DNA of 34,546 nucleotides from Elusimicrobia bacterium RIFOXYA12_FULL_57_11 (GTDB lineage Bacteria; Elusimicrobiota; Elusimicrobia; Elusimicrobiales; UBA9959): NCBI GenBank assembly GCA_001800275.1, contig MGVB01000117.1, positions 1 to 34,546 of the forward strand, read 5' to 3'. Shown piece by piece: positions 25,525 to 34,546 of this stretch (position 1 is its first letter; each line of letters starts with the position of its first letter). The notes under the pieces were generated by a model. It saw only the letters and a program-made list of their open reading frames with translations, ran no database searches and was not told where the DNA came from. The position numbers and the translations under genes were made by a program.

Positions 25525-27999
25525 ATGGGAACAAGATTTACGGACAGGGCGCAGCGTGTCATCCTTATCGCGCAAGAAGAGGCCAAGCGCCTCAACCACG
25601 ATTACGTCGGCACCGAGCACATCCTGCTGGGTCTTATAGCCCTTTCGGAAGGCGTAGCCTCCCAGGTCTTCCAGAACCTGGGCATAGACCTGCGCAAAGT
25701 CCGCGCTGAAATAGAAAAAATAGTCGGCACCGGCGACAACATGATGCTCCTGGGCGAAATACCCTTCACGCCCCGCGCCAAGAAAGTGCTGGAATATGCC
25801 GTGGAAGAAGCCCAGCACATGAGTCATTCCTACATCGGCACCGAGCACATCCTGCTCGGGCTCATCCGCGAAGAAGAGGGCGTCGCCGCCCGCGTCCTGG
25901 AAAACCTCGGACTTAAACTGGAAACCGTGCGGGAGGAAGTCCTCAGCATCCTGGGAGAAATGGAACAGAAAGATTCCCCCAAGGAAGCGCCGCAGCCCAA
26001 AAGCCACGCAGCGCACGCCGGCCCCAAAGGCAAGACCAAAACCCCCATCCTCGATGAATTCGCCCGCGACATGACCCAGATGGCGCGCGAAGGCAGGCTA
26101 GACCCCGTGATAGGCCGCAGTGATGAAATAGAACGCGTCATACAGGTGCTCGGGCGCCGCACGAAGAACAACCCGGTGCTGGTAGGCGAACCCGGTGTGG
26201 GCAAAACAGCCATCGTTGAAGGGCTGGCGCAAAAGATCGCCGCCGGAGAGATCTCCGACACCCTCGTCGGGAAACGGCTTTTAAGCCTGGACCTGGCCTC
26301 CATAGTGGCCGGCACCAAGTACCGCGGCGAGTTCGAGCAGCGCCTCAAGGGCATTATAGAGGAGATCCGCAAGGCCAAGAATAACATCATCATGTTCATC
26401 GACGAGCTGCATACCGTGATAGGCGCCGGCGCCGCCGAAGGCGCCATAGACGCCTCGAACATGCTCAAGCCCGCGCTGGCCCGCGGCGAGCTCCAGTGCA
26501 TAGGCGCCACCACCTTCGACGAGTACCGCAAGCATATCGAGCACGACCCCGCGCTGGAGCGCCGCTTCCAGACCGTGATAGTGGAGCCGCCCTCCGCCCC
26601 GGAGACCATAGAGATACTCAAAGGCCTCCAGGAAAAATACGAGAATCATCATAAATGCAAATACACCGACCCCGCCATCTTCGCGGCGGCCACACTCAGT
26701 GAAAAATACATAACCGACCGGGCCCTGCCGGACAAAGCGATAGACCTCATCGACGAAGCCGGCAGCCGGGCCCGTCTCAAGCTTTCCGTGGCCCCCTCTG
26801 AATTCAAGGAAAAGGAAACTGAGATAGAGGAAGTTTCCAAGCAGAAGAACGCCGCCATTTACGGACAGGAATACGAGAAGGCCGCCAAACTGCGGGACAA
26901 GGAAAAAGAACTGAAAAAGGCCCTCGAAGACGCGCGCAAAAAATGGCGCGAATCCCGCGACAAGATCGTCCCGGAAGTCACGGAAGAGGATATCGCGTTC
27001 ATAGCCTCGAAGTGGACCGGCATCCCGGTCACCCGCATGACGGAGACCGAAGCCGATAAACTTAAGAACATGGAAGGCGAGATCCATAAGCGGCTCATCG
27101 GGCAGGACGAAGCGGTAAAGATAGTTTCACAGGCCATCAAGCGCAGCCGCACCGGCATGAAGGACGCCAAGCGCCCCATCGGCAATTTTATCTTCCTGGG
27201 CCCGACGGGCGTGGGCAAGACGGAACTCGCGCGCGTGCTGGCGGATTTCCTGTTCGGCAACGAGGAAGCCATGGTCCGCGTGGACATGAGCGAGTACATG
27301 GAGAAGTTCTCCGTGAGCCGCCTCATCGGCGCGCCTCCCGGCTACGTGGGCTACGAGGAAGGCGGCAAGCTCACCGAGATCGTGCGCCGCAAACCTTACT
27401 GCGTGGTAGTGCTTGACGAAATAGAGAAAGCGCACCCCGACGTCTTCAACATCCTGCTGCAGATAATGGACGAGGGCACACTTACCGACAGTCTCGGCCA
27501 CAAGGTCAGCTTCAAGAACACCATCCTGATAATGACCTCCAACGTGGGCGCGCGGCTTATATCCAAAGGCAAAACCCTGGGCTTTATGCCCGCGGACGAC
27601 AAGGAAAAAGACTACAAAGAGATGAAAGACACGGTGATGGAAGAGGTCAAGCGCGTCTTCAACCCCGAGTTCATAAACCGCATCGACGAGACCATCGTAT
27701 TCCGGCCGCTCACGGAAGCCGACACAGAACTGATACTTGAACTCCGCCTTAAAACGGTAAAGTCGAAACTCGAGGCGAAAGAAGTCGCCTTTGAGATAAC
27801 ACAGGCAGCCAAGAATTTCCTCTGCAAACAGGGCTTCGACCCGAATTACGGCGCCCGGCCGCTGCTGCGCACGGTACAGAAATACGTTGAAGACCCCCTG
27901 TCCGAATTCCTGCTCAACAGCACCATGAAGAAAGGCAATACGGTGCTTGTGGACTACAAGGGCGAAGGCGACGCGCTGGCATTGAGCGTCCGCAAATAA
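25525..27999 (+). CDS. clpC: ATP-dependent Clp protease ATPase subunit ClpC
   Basis: Two Clp-N repeats (GTEHILLGL), Walker A GEPGVGKT and GPTGVGKT, short UVR-type middle domain, LGF ClpP-docking loop; ATG behind GGAGG. Confidence 0.96.
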   Translation: MGTRFTDRAQRVILIAQEEAKRLNHDYVGTEHILLGLIALSEGVASQVFQNLGIDLRKVRAEIEKIVGTGDNMMLLGEIPFTPRAKKVLEYAVEEAQHMSHSYIGTEHILLGLIREEEGVAARVLENLGLKLETVREEVLSILGEMEQKDSPKEAPQPKSHAAHAGPKGKTKTPILDEFARDMTQMAREGRLDPVIGRSDEIERVIQVLGRRTKNNPVLVGEPGVGKTAIVEGLAQKIAAGEISDTLVGKRLLSLDLASIVAGTKYRGEFEQRLKGIIEEIRKAKNNIIMFIDELHTVIGAGAAEGAIDASNMLKPALARGELQCIGATTFDEYRKHIEHDPALERRFQTVIVEPPSAPETIEILKGLQEKYENHHKCKYTDPAIFAAATLSEKYITDRALPDKAIDLIDEAGSRARLKLSVAPSEFKEKETEIEEVSKQKNAAIYGQEYEKAAKLRDKEKELKKALEDARKKWRESRDKIVPEVTEEDIAFIASKWTGIPVTRMTETEADKLKNMEGEIHKRLIGQDEAVKIVSQAIKRSRTGMKDAKRPIGNFIFLGPTGVGKTELARVLADFLFGNEEAMVRVDMSEYMEKFSVSRLIGAPPGYVGYEEGGKLTEIVRRKPYCVVVLDEIEKAHPDVFNILLQIMDEGTLTDSLGHKVSFKNTILIMTSNVGARLISKGKTLGFMPADDKEKDYKEMKDTVMEEVKRVFNPEFINRIDETIVFRPLTEADTELILELRLKTVKSKLEAKEVAFEITQAAKNFLCKQGFDPNYGARPLLRTVQKYVEDPLSEFLLNSTMKKGNTVLVDYKGEGDALALSVRK

Positions 28000-28020
28000 C
28001 CGCCCGACAGGGAGATCAGC

Positions 28021-29052
28021 TTGCAACGGCATCATGCAGCCACCCGGCATATCCCGCCCCCGCCCCGGAAACTGTCCGGCTGGGCTTTTGCCTGCCTGGC
28101 GCTCTGCCTGGCCGCGGCCTCTTTCGGGCTTTACCGCGGCGGCGCATGGCTTAACCTGCAGTTAAACCCGCCCCCGGAAGGAAAGAAAACGGTCCAATCC
28201 CCTATAACCGACACGGAATGGGAGTCCATGGTGTCGGGGCTGGAGAAGGCCGCCGCCAATTGGCGCGGCAACGTGGGCATTTACATTGGAGACCTCCATA
28301 CCGGCAGAAACTGGGATTACAACGCGGACCGGCTGTTCCCCTCCGCCAGCCTGATAAAAGTCCCCATAATGGCGGCAGTATTCGACCGCATAAAGAGCGG
28401 TGCCATAACGCTGGGCACGCAGATCCGGCTGACCAGGGCGGACCGGGTGGGCGGCTCCGGGTCGCTTCGGTGGGTACGCGACGGCACGACCCTGAGCGTT
28501 ATGGAAATCATCTACAAGATGATAACAGAAAGCGACAACACAGCCACCAAAATGCTCATAGATTATGTGGGCATGCCTTACCTGAAAACAGCGTTCAAGC
28601 AGCTCGGGCTGGTTCACACCAACATAACCCAGGAGGGGATGAGCCTGTCCTCCGGCCGCATAGCGCGGGAGAATTACACCACCGCGCGGGAAATGGCCGG
28701 CCTCATGGAGCGTATTTACGCCGGAGAGCTGGTCGACAGGGAAGCCAGCGAGTTCATGCTTGACGTCCTCAAGCACACCAAGAGCCGCAGCCGCCTGCGC
28801 AAAGGCCTGCCCCTGGGCTGGGAAATAGGCCACAAGACCGGCCTGCTGCGCAAATCCTGCCACGACGCCGGCATAGTGTTTTCCCCTCGCGGCGACTATG
28901 TTATAGTGGTACTGACCTCCGAGGTTCCGGACTATGCGAGCGCGAAAAAATTTATTTCCCGGGTGGCCAGCCTCACCTACACCTATTACCGGATAGAGTC
29001 GGACTACGCGCAATCCCGCGCCGGAGCCCCGGGCCCGGTAAGGCTGCTGTAA
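28021..29052 (+). CDS. Class A beta-lactamase-like serine hydrolase with N-terminal anchor
   Basis: SxxK (SASLIK), SDN, HKTG; TTG start behind GGGAG. Confidence 0.85.
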   Translation: MQRHHAATRHIPPPPRKLSGWAFACLALCLAAASFGLYRGGAWLNLQLNPPPEGKKTVQSPITDTEWESMVSGLEKAAANWRGNVGIYIGDLHTGRNWDYNADRLFPSASLIKVPIMAAVFDRIKSGAITLGTQIRLTRADRVGGSGSLRWVRDGTTLSVMEIIYKMITESDNTATKMLIDYVGMPYLKTAFKQLGLVHTNITQEGMSLSSGRIARENYTTAREMAGLMERIYAGELVDREASEFMLDVLKHTKSRSRLRKGLPLGWEIGHKTGLLRKSCHDAGIVFSPRGDYVIVVLTSEVPDYASAKKFISRVASLTYTYYRIESDYAQSRAGAPGPVRLL

Positions 29053-29145
29053 ACCCGGACCGCCTGCCGGGCGCCGGCAGCACGCGTTATAAAGACAGCG
29101 GCTTCGGGAATTCGGACAAGATCGGCTGTTTACCTCTGGTGAACC

Positions 29146-30993
29146 ATGAAAAAACTTGAACTGCTGGCCCCGGCCAGGGATCTGGAAACCGGCATAGACG
29201 CCGTAAATTGCGGCGCCGACTCGGTCTATATCGGCGCGGAGCATTTCGGCGCGCGCTCCGGAGCCGCGAATACCGCCTCCGACATAGGGAAACTGGCGGC
29301 CTACGCCCATAAATACCGCGCCAAAGTCTACGCGGCGCTGAACACCATACTTACCGACGAAGAGATCCCGCGCGCCCAGAAGATCATACACACCCTCTGG
29401 GACGCTGGCGCGGACGCGGTTATAATCCAGGACATGGGCCTGCTGGAAACCGCTCTCCCCCCCATACCACTGATCGCCAGCACCCAGACCCACAACGTTA
29501 CCCCGGAAAAAGTTAGGTTCCTTGAGAAGGCCGGGTTTAAGCGGGTAATCCTGGCCCGCGAACTCACCCTGGAGGAAATAAAGGCCATCAGGGCAAAGAC
29601 CACCGTGGAGCTTGAGTTTTTTGTCCACGGGGCGCTGTGCGTGGCCTACAGCGGCCAGTGCTACCTGAGCTGCGACCTGGGCGGCCGCAGCGGCAACCGG
29701 GGCGAATGCGCGCAGCCCTGCCGCAAGCTTTACACACTGAAGGACGCCGCCGGCGCCCCCCTGGCGGAAGGCAAACACCTGCTTTCACTTAAAGACCTGA
29801 ACCTATCGCGCCGGCTGGCCCACCTGGCGGCCGCCGGGATAACCTCTTTCAAAATAGAGGGCCGCCTCAAAGACAGGGCCTATGTGCGCAACATCGTTTC
29901 GGTTTACCGCAGGGAACTCGACAGGGTGATAGCCGGCAAAGGTTTTGCGCGGGCTTCTTTCGGAAAAAGTTTCACGGCCTTCTCCCCGGACCCTGCCAAG
30001 ACCTTTAACCGCGGCTACACTGAATATTTTATAGACGGCAACCCGCTGGACATCGCCTCGCCCGACACTCCCAAATTCGCCGGCGAGCCGCTGGGACGCG
30101 TTTTCGATATAAAGGAAGGTTCCTTTAAAATACATAACGCGCACAAACTCCACCCTGGGGACGGAATAACCTTCTTCGACAAAAACGGAGTACTGTCCGG
30201 CTCACTGGTGAACGGCGTAAAGGATGACCGCGTGCGTGCCGACAACCTTAAGGGCCTGGACAACGGCAGCGCGGTATACCGCAATCTGGACAAAGAATTC
30301 CTGAAAACCGTGGAGCGCGACACGGCGCAGCGCAGGTTCGCGGTCAAACTTGAATTTTCGGAAACCAGGGACGGTTTCTCCCTGAAAGCCTCTGATGAGC
30401 GCGGCGCGACAGCCGTAAAAGAGCTGCCCTCAAAGAAGGAGGCGGCCAAGAAACCGGACCAGGCGCTGGACACTATAAAAAAACAGCTCTCGAAACTCGG
30501 GGAAAGCGGTTTCTACCTGGAAGCGCTTGAGCTGAAGCTGTCAGCCTCCTTCTTTATCCCCGTTTCCGCGCTGAACGACCTGCGTCGCGACACCCTGGCG
30601 GCACTCGACGCTGCCGGCGCGGCCGCCGGGGAACGCGAAGAAATAAAGATAACACCCAACGACACTCCTTACCCGGAACGGAAACTGGATTTCACGGGGA
30701 ACGTGCTGAACGCAAAGGCGGCGCGCTTCTACACGCGCCACGGAGTAACGGCGATCGGCCGGGCGGCGGAAGCCGGGGCGGACATGTCCGGCCGCGCACT
30801 GATGACCATGCGCTTCTGCCTGCCCCGCCGGCTGGGATTATGCAAAAAAGGAAAGCCGGTGGAAACGATGTACCTTGAGGACGCTGAAGGCGCGGTCTTC
30901 CGCCTGGAGTTCGACTGCGCCGCCTGCAGAACGCGTCTTTTCAGGGCTTCCGCCGCGCCCGCAAAAAAACTGCGGGCGGAACCGGAGGAGTGA
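29146..30993 (+). CDS. rlhA: U32-family protein, long form; likely 23S rRNA ho5C2501 hydroxylase RlhA
   Basis: ELLAPA, ASTQ, HGALCVAYSGQC, RSGNRGECAQPCR, KIEGRLK, long C-terminal extension ending LMTMRFC. Confidence 0.8.
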   Translation: MKKLELLAPARDLETGIDAVNCGADSVYIGAEHFGARSGAANTASDIGKLAAYAHKYRAKVYAALNTILTDEEIPRAQKIIHTLWDAGADAVIIQDMGLLETALPPIPLIASTQTHNVTPEKVRFLEKAGFKRVILARELTLEEIKAIRAKTTVELEFFVHGALCVAYSGQCYLSCDLGGRSGNRGECAQPCRKLYTLKDAAGAPLAEGKHLLSLKDLNLSRRLAHLAAAGITSFKIEGRLKDRAYVRNIVSVYRRELDRVIAGKGFARASFGKSFTAFSPDPAKTFNRGYTEYFIDGNPLDIASPDTPKFAGEPLGRVFDIKEGSFKIHNAHKLHPGDGITFFDKNGVLSGSLVNGVKDDRVRADNLKGLDNGSAVYRNLDKEFLKTVERDTAQRRFAVKLEFSETRDGFSLKASDERGATAVKELPSKKEAAKKPDQALDTIKKQLSKLGESGFYLEALELKLSASFFIPVSALNDLRRDTLAALDAAGAAAGEREEIKITPNDTPYPERKLDFTGNVLNAKAARFYTRHGVTAIGRAAEAGADMSGRALMTMRFCLPRRLGLCKKGKPVETMYLEDAEGAVFRLEFDCAACRTRLFRASAAPAKKLRAEPEE

Positions 30994-30994
30994 G

Positions 30995-31519
30995 ATGAAC
31001 ATCCGGTGCGACCTTAACATAAACGGCGGCTCACGGCGCGCGCTCATAGCGGCCAAAGAGGAAGAAACGCCCGAGCACGTGGCCTTACGGCTGACCGCGG
31101 CCATACTTTTTTTTGACCAAGAACCGGCGCTGGACACCGGCCCGTCGGACCCGTCCGTGACCGATATCGGTTTTCTGCCGGACCTGATGGTGGGGGATGG
31201 CGCAGGCGGGGTAGCCGTCTGGATAGAATGCGGGAACGTCGCGGTGAATAAACTTACCAAAGTCGCCAGACGCATCCGCTCCGGCCGGCTGGTCATCCTT
31301 AAAGAAAGCGCGGAGGCGGGGCGCAGGATGCGGGAAGTTATAAAAAAAGAGATCTCCAAGGGGGAGAAAGTGGAAGTGTGGGCCTGGCCCAAAGAGGACT
31401 TCGCCCGCTGGACCGCGGCGATACACGAATCCAACTACATTTTCGGGGAAGCCTCCGGCTCCACCCTCAACCTGGTCCTAAACGAAACAGTATTCGACAC
31501 ACAGCTTATCCTCTGTTGA
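30995..31519 (+). CDS. yaeQ: YaeQ family protein
   Basis: EETPEHVALRL, PDL, VWIECG; ATG 30995 directly after the rlhA stop, behind GGAGGAG. Confidence 0.7.
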   Translation: MNIRCDLNINGGSRRALIAAKEEETPEHVALRLTAAILFFDQEPALDTGPSDPSVTDIGFLPDLMVGDGAGGVAVWIECGNVAVNKLTKVARRIRSGRLVILKESAEAGRRMREVIKKEISKGEKVEVWAWPKEDFARWTAAIHESNYIFGEASGSTLNLVLNETVFDTQLILC

Positions 31520-31557
31520 GCGTTTGCAGGCCCCGGCCGCGCGCGCTCCCGGCGCCT

Positions 31558-32457
31558 ATGGCGAAAAAAAGAAGAACTCTAATTATTAAAATCGGGGCGG
31601 CCGGGGACGTACTGCGCACCACACCGCTGCTCCATAAACTTTCCGGAGACGCCGTCACTTGGGTAACGGGCCGGACCGCGCTCCCGTTGCTGGCCGGCAA
31701 CCCGCGCATAGCCCGGGCACTCACCCCCGGCGGATTCAGCCGGATAAACGGTGAAAAGTTCGACTGGGTCATAAATTTCGACGAGAGCGCGGCCGCGTGC
31801 CGCATAGCGTCTGCCGCCCGGGCGCCAAGGAAGACAGGCGCCCGGCTGGACCGCGGGAAACCCGTGTACTGCGAAAGCTCCGCGCCCTGGTTCGATATGA
31901 GTCTCATAAGCCGGCACGGGATCCCCGCCGCAGATAAACTTAAGTACCGGGCGAGAAAATCTTATCAGGATTACCTGTTCGAGGCGTGCGGTTTCAAATT
32001 CGCCGGAGAGGAATACTTCCTGCCCACCGCCCCGGCCGGGGCTCTTGCCCCTCTTGTGGCGGTGGAAAAACGGGCCGGGCCGAAGTGGCCCCTGAAACAC
32101 TGGCCGGGTTATTGCAACCTGACGGCCCTGTTCAGGAAGAACCATATAAATTTTTTCATTCTCCGGCAGCGGAAAAATCTGCGGGACTACATCTCGGACA
32201 TCGGCCGGTGCACTCTCCTGGTTTCAGGCGACACCCTGGCGATGCACCTCGCGCTGGCCCTGCGCAAGAGCGCTGTGGCTATTTTCAATTGCACCAGCCC
32301 ATGGGAAATATACGGTTACGGAAGGCTGAGTAAAGTCGTAAACCCCGGGCTGGCCGGCATGTTCTACTCGCGCCGCGCCTTTGACGGGAAAGGCACTCAT
32401 GTGGCGCCGCAAACGGTGCTGCGCGCGGTCCTTAAGGCCGCCGCCAGGACGCCTTAA
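31558..32457 (+). CDS. Glycosyltransferase family 9 (heptosyltransferase-like)
   Basis: LIIKIGAAGDVLRTTPLL, KWPLKHW, LVSGDTLAMHLALAL. Confidence 0.88.
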   Translation: MAKKRRTLIIKIGAAGDVLRTTPLLHKLSGDAVTWVTGRTALPLLAGNPRIARALTPGGFSRINGEKFDWVINFDESAAACRIASAARAPRKTGARLDRGKPVYCESSAPWFDMSLISRHGIPAADKLKYRARKSYQDYLFEACGFKFAGEEYFLPTAPAGALAPLVAVEKRAGPKWPLKHWPGYCNLTALFRKNHINFFILRQRKNLRDYISDIGRCTLLVSGDTLAMHLALALRKSAVAIFNCTSPWEIYGYGRLSKVVNPGLAGMFYSRRAFDGKGTHVAPQTVLRAVLKAAARTP

Positions 32458-32513
32458 CGGCCAAGGGAAAGCCGTCCCCTGAAAATGCGCACACCAGCCA
32501 TCACGCGCGGATA

Positions 32514-32539
32514 ACATTAAGCGTTTAATGTGCTACAAT
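32514..32539 (+). promoter_or_regulatory. Palindromic operator overlapping an extended -10 promoter
   Basis: ACATTAA-GCGT-TTAATGT (32514-32531) abutting TGcTACAAT (32531-32539). Confidence 0.5.
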
Positions 32540-32586
32540 AGGATGAAATTACAAGCAGCTCATTTTCAGATCCGGTGAGCAAAAAA

Positions 32587-32715
32587 ATGGCTCCTAATAA
32601 CGGAAAAAACAAGAAGGCACAGGCAAAAAACACAAAGAAGGCGTACTTAAAGCCTTCCCTGACAAAGCACGGTTCGCTGAAATCGCAAACCGCCTCTTTC
32701 CGGACTTTCTATTAA
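32587..32715 (+). CDS. Putative RiPP precursor peptide, 42 aa, lasso-type leader
   Basis: MAPNNGKNKKAQAKNTKKAYLKPSLTKHGSLKSQTASFRTFY*; exact YxxPxLxxxGxxxxxT; GGTGAG upstream; own promoter candidate. Confidence 0.75.
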   Translation: MAPNNGKNKKAQAKNTKKAYLKPSLTKHGSLKSQTASFRTFY

Positions 32716-32777
32716 GCGTTCACCCTGCCGGCCTTAAAAATATCCCGGCCCGCCGCGGCCTGGGTACGGGGATTTAA

Positions 32778-33872
32778 GTGGATATCACGCTGCTTCCTTC
32801 AACATTCTTTTCCGACCCCACCTACAATCGCATACTGTCCGGCCTCAGCAGAGAATTCGTCCGCGCCGGCCACCGCACCTCCATAGTGTCGCAACAAATA
32901 TCCGCAGGGCCGCAACTCCGCTTAAACCCGGGCCCCGCGCCGCTAATCCTTACGCGCGACTGCCTTGCCCTCGCCGAAAAAGAGCGCCGCTCGGCGCTGC
33001 TGCGCGCGCTGGCCGGGCAGCTACCCCCGGGCGCGGTCCTCAACTTCCACTTTTCCGGGTGGCTGCGCGCCTGGCACGCACCGGTGCTGCTGTCAAAGCG
33101 GCTCGCCCGGGCACGCCTGGTGGTAACCTTTCACGATTACCGCCACCCGGACCTTCCGCCATTGACGAGCGCCACACGCCGCGCACTGGGGAAGATCCTG
33201 GACAGGGCCGCCCGCATAACCGCGGTCTCCGGCTTCCTGGCGCGCATGATACGCGAAGATTTCCCCGTTGTGTCGGACAAGCTCAACATAGTCCCTGACG
33301 GGACCGATGCTCCCTCTCCCTCCGGCGCGGCGCCTTTTACGCGCCGCCGGGCATACATACTCACCGTAGGCCGCCCGGCGCCCTATAAAGGGCTCGACCT
33401 GCTGATCTTCGCTTTCGCGGCGGCGATTGAAAAAGGATGCGCCTGCGATCTGGTGGTCTGCGGAACCGGCCGCCGCGGGCCCCTTGCGGATCTGGCCAAA
33501 AAGCTCGGAATAGGCGGGCGGGTACACTTTAAAGGCCTGCTGCCTCCGGGCGAAATCACCGCACTTATGAAGGCCTGCCTTTTCTACGCCACTACTCCGC
33601 GCTGGGAATCCTTCGGCATGTCGGCGCTGGAAGCGATGGCGGCCGGCAAAGCGGTCCTGGCGGCCAAAACCGGCGGTCTGGCGGAATTCGCCAGGAACGG
33701 GCACAACGCGGTCCTGGTCCATCCCGAAAACTCACAAATGGTTTCTTCCGCTATCCTGCGCCTGTGCGCCGACAAGGGCTTTAGAAAAAAACTGGCCGGC
33801 GGCGGCGCGGCGACCGCTCTTGAATATCCCTGGAAAAAAATCGCCGGGCGGTATCTCAGCGCTTACCGCTGA
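32778..33872 (+). CDS. Glycosyltransferase family 4
   Basis: VVTFHD, TAVS, VGRPAPYKG, ESFGMSALEAMAAG (Ex7E); GTG start behind GGGGA. Confidence 0.92.
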   Translation: MDITLLPSTFFSDPTYNRILSGLSREFVRAGHRTSIVSQQISAGPQLRLNPGPAPLILTRDCLALAEKERRSALLRALAGQLPPGAVLNFHFSGWLRAWHAPVLLSKRLARARLVVTFHDYRHPDLPPLTSATRRALGKILDRAARITAVSGFLARMIREDFPVVSDKLNIVPDGTDAPSPSGAAPFTRRRAYILTVGRPAPYKGLDLLIFAFAAAIEKGCACDLVVCGTGRRGPLADLAKKLGIGGRVHFKGLLPPGEITALMKACLFYATTPRWESFGMSALEAMAAGKAVLAAKTGGLAEFARNGHNAVLVHPENSQMVSSAILRLCADKGFRKKLAGGGAATALEYPWKKIAGRYLSAYR

Positions 33873-34545
33873 CACCGTCCGTCGCATGCGGCCAGGCGAG
33901 GTGGTCCGCGGCAAAGTTTTCGGAGAATTTATTGCCGGCCATTTTAACCTCGCAGGGGCCGTCCTCTTTGATACCGTGCCGGTTGGCCGCGAAGCTGTTG
34001 GAGTTAAGTTCAAGCTTGACACCTTCCCCGCACCAGATCCCATCCCACTCGCACCCATACACCGAGGTCATAGCCATACGCACCGTTGCGCCCCGGTCAC
34101 ATTTAAGCCCGGTCCTGTTGGCGGAGAATTCCGCCTTATCGATTACCACCGCGCCGGCGTGATCGGAAAAAACTCCGATATTGTTTTTCTTAAAGCCGGC
34201 GCCGGCAACCGAAACCGCTCCTCTGTCGGTGTAAATACCCGCAAAGGAATTGTTCTCAAAAACCCCGCCGCAAACGCTCAGCGAGGCATCTTCCTGTATC
34301 CAGACGCCCCTGTCGCAGCCGTTCACGGAACTGTCGGACAGGCGGAGACGGACCCCGCTGGTGGCCTCTATGCCAGTCTGCGCCGCGCGGACAGCCGAAC
34401 CCGAAATATCGGCGGCCGAACAGGAATGCAGCGCGAAGCCTGTTTGCGAGCGCAGGATCGCGACAGCGGCCGCGGTCAGTTTCCCGGCCACGCAAGTCAC
34501 CCCCGCGCCGGCGATGTCCGTCAGCGCACAGTCGCGGATGGCGGC
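33856..34545 (-). CDS. Right-handed parallel beta-helix repeat protein (5' end outside the window)
   Basis: ~22-aa repeats such as FENNSFAGIY, FKKNNIGVF, FSANRTGLK, FAANRHGIK; frame stays open to the window edge. Confidence 0.8.
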   Translation of the reverse strand, partial: AAIRDCALTDIAGAGVTCVAGKLTAAAVAILRSQTGFALHSCSAADISGSAVRAAQTGIEATSGVRLRLSDSSVNGCDRGVWIQEDASLSVCGGVFENNSFAGIYTDRGAVSVAGAGFKKNNIGVFSDHAGAVVIDKAEFSANRTGLKCDRGATVRMAMTSVYGCEWDGIWCGEGVKLELNSNSFAANRHGIKEDGPCEVKMAGNKFSENFAADHLAWPHATDGVSGKR

Positions 34546-34546
34546 C

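Noticed and set aside
32587-32715. Canonical lasso peptide
   Set aside because: The predicted core SFRTFY has no Asp/Glu acceptor and no tail to thread; no cyclase in the window

Overview
GC-rich bacterial chromosomal window, mostly co-oriented housekeeping and envelope genes. Genes in order: YwlE-type LMW phosphatase, glyA, a tetrapyrrole/borosin-like methylase, mtnP, cdd, accB-like/zinc-ribbon-TPR/accC, rfaE2, a serine palmitoyltransferase-like enzyme plus GNAT (bacterial ceramide synthase-like), HD-GYP/receiver/nucleotidyltransferase/adenylate cyclase/PilZ signalling genes, uraA, glpT, arfB, an LPP20-LpoB-COG3014-LPP20-NfeD lipoprotein operon, clpC, a class A beta-lactamase-like hydrolase, rlhA (U32), yaeQ, GT9 and GT4 glycosyltransferases, and a truncated beta-helix protein. 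The organism is probably a diderm; Elusimicrobiota is an unverified guess from gene content and heavy ATA codon use. No rRNA, tRNA, CRISPR array or transposase was seen. Best leads: (1) a 42-aa ORF at 32587-32715, absent from the ORF track, with an exact lasso-type leader (YxxPxLxxxGxxxxxT) but only a 6-residue core SFRTFY, lying between two glycosyltransferases; (2) an spt-bCerS-like pair implying sphingolipid synthesis; (3) two families of intergenic palindromic elements with conserved cores and variable, self-complementary stems; (4) a BCCP lacking the AMKM motif; (5) YwlE plus ClpC signatures of arginine phosphorylation. All protein calls come from motif recognition by eye, not database searches.
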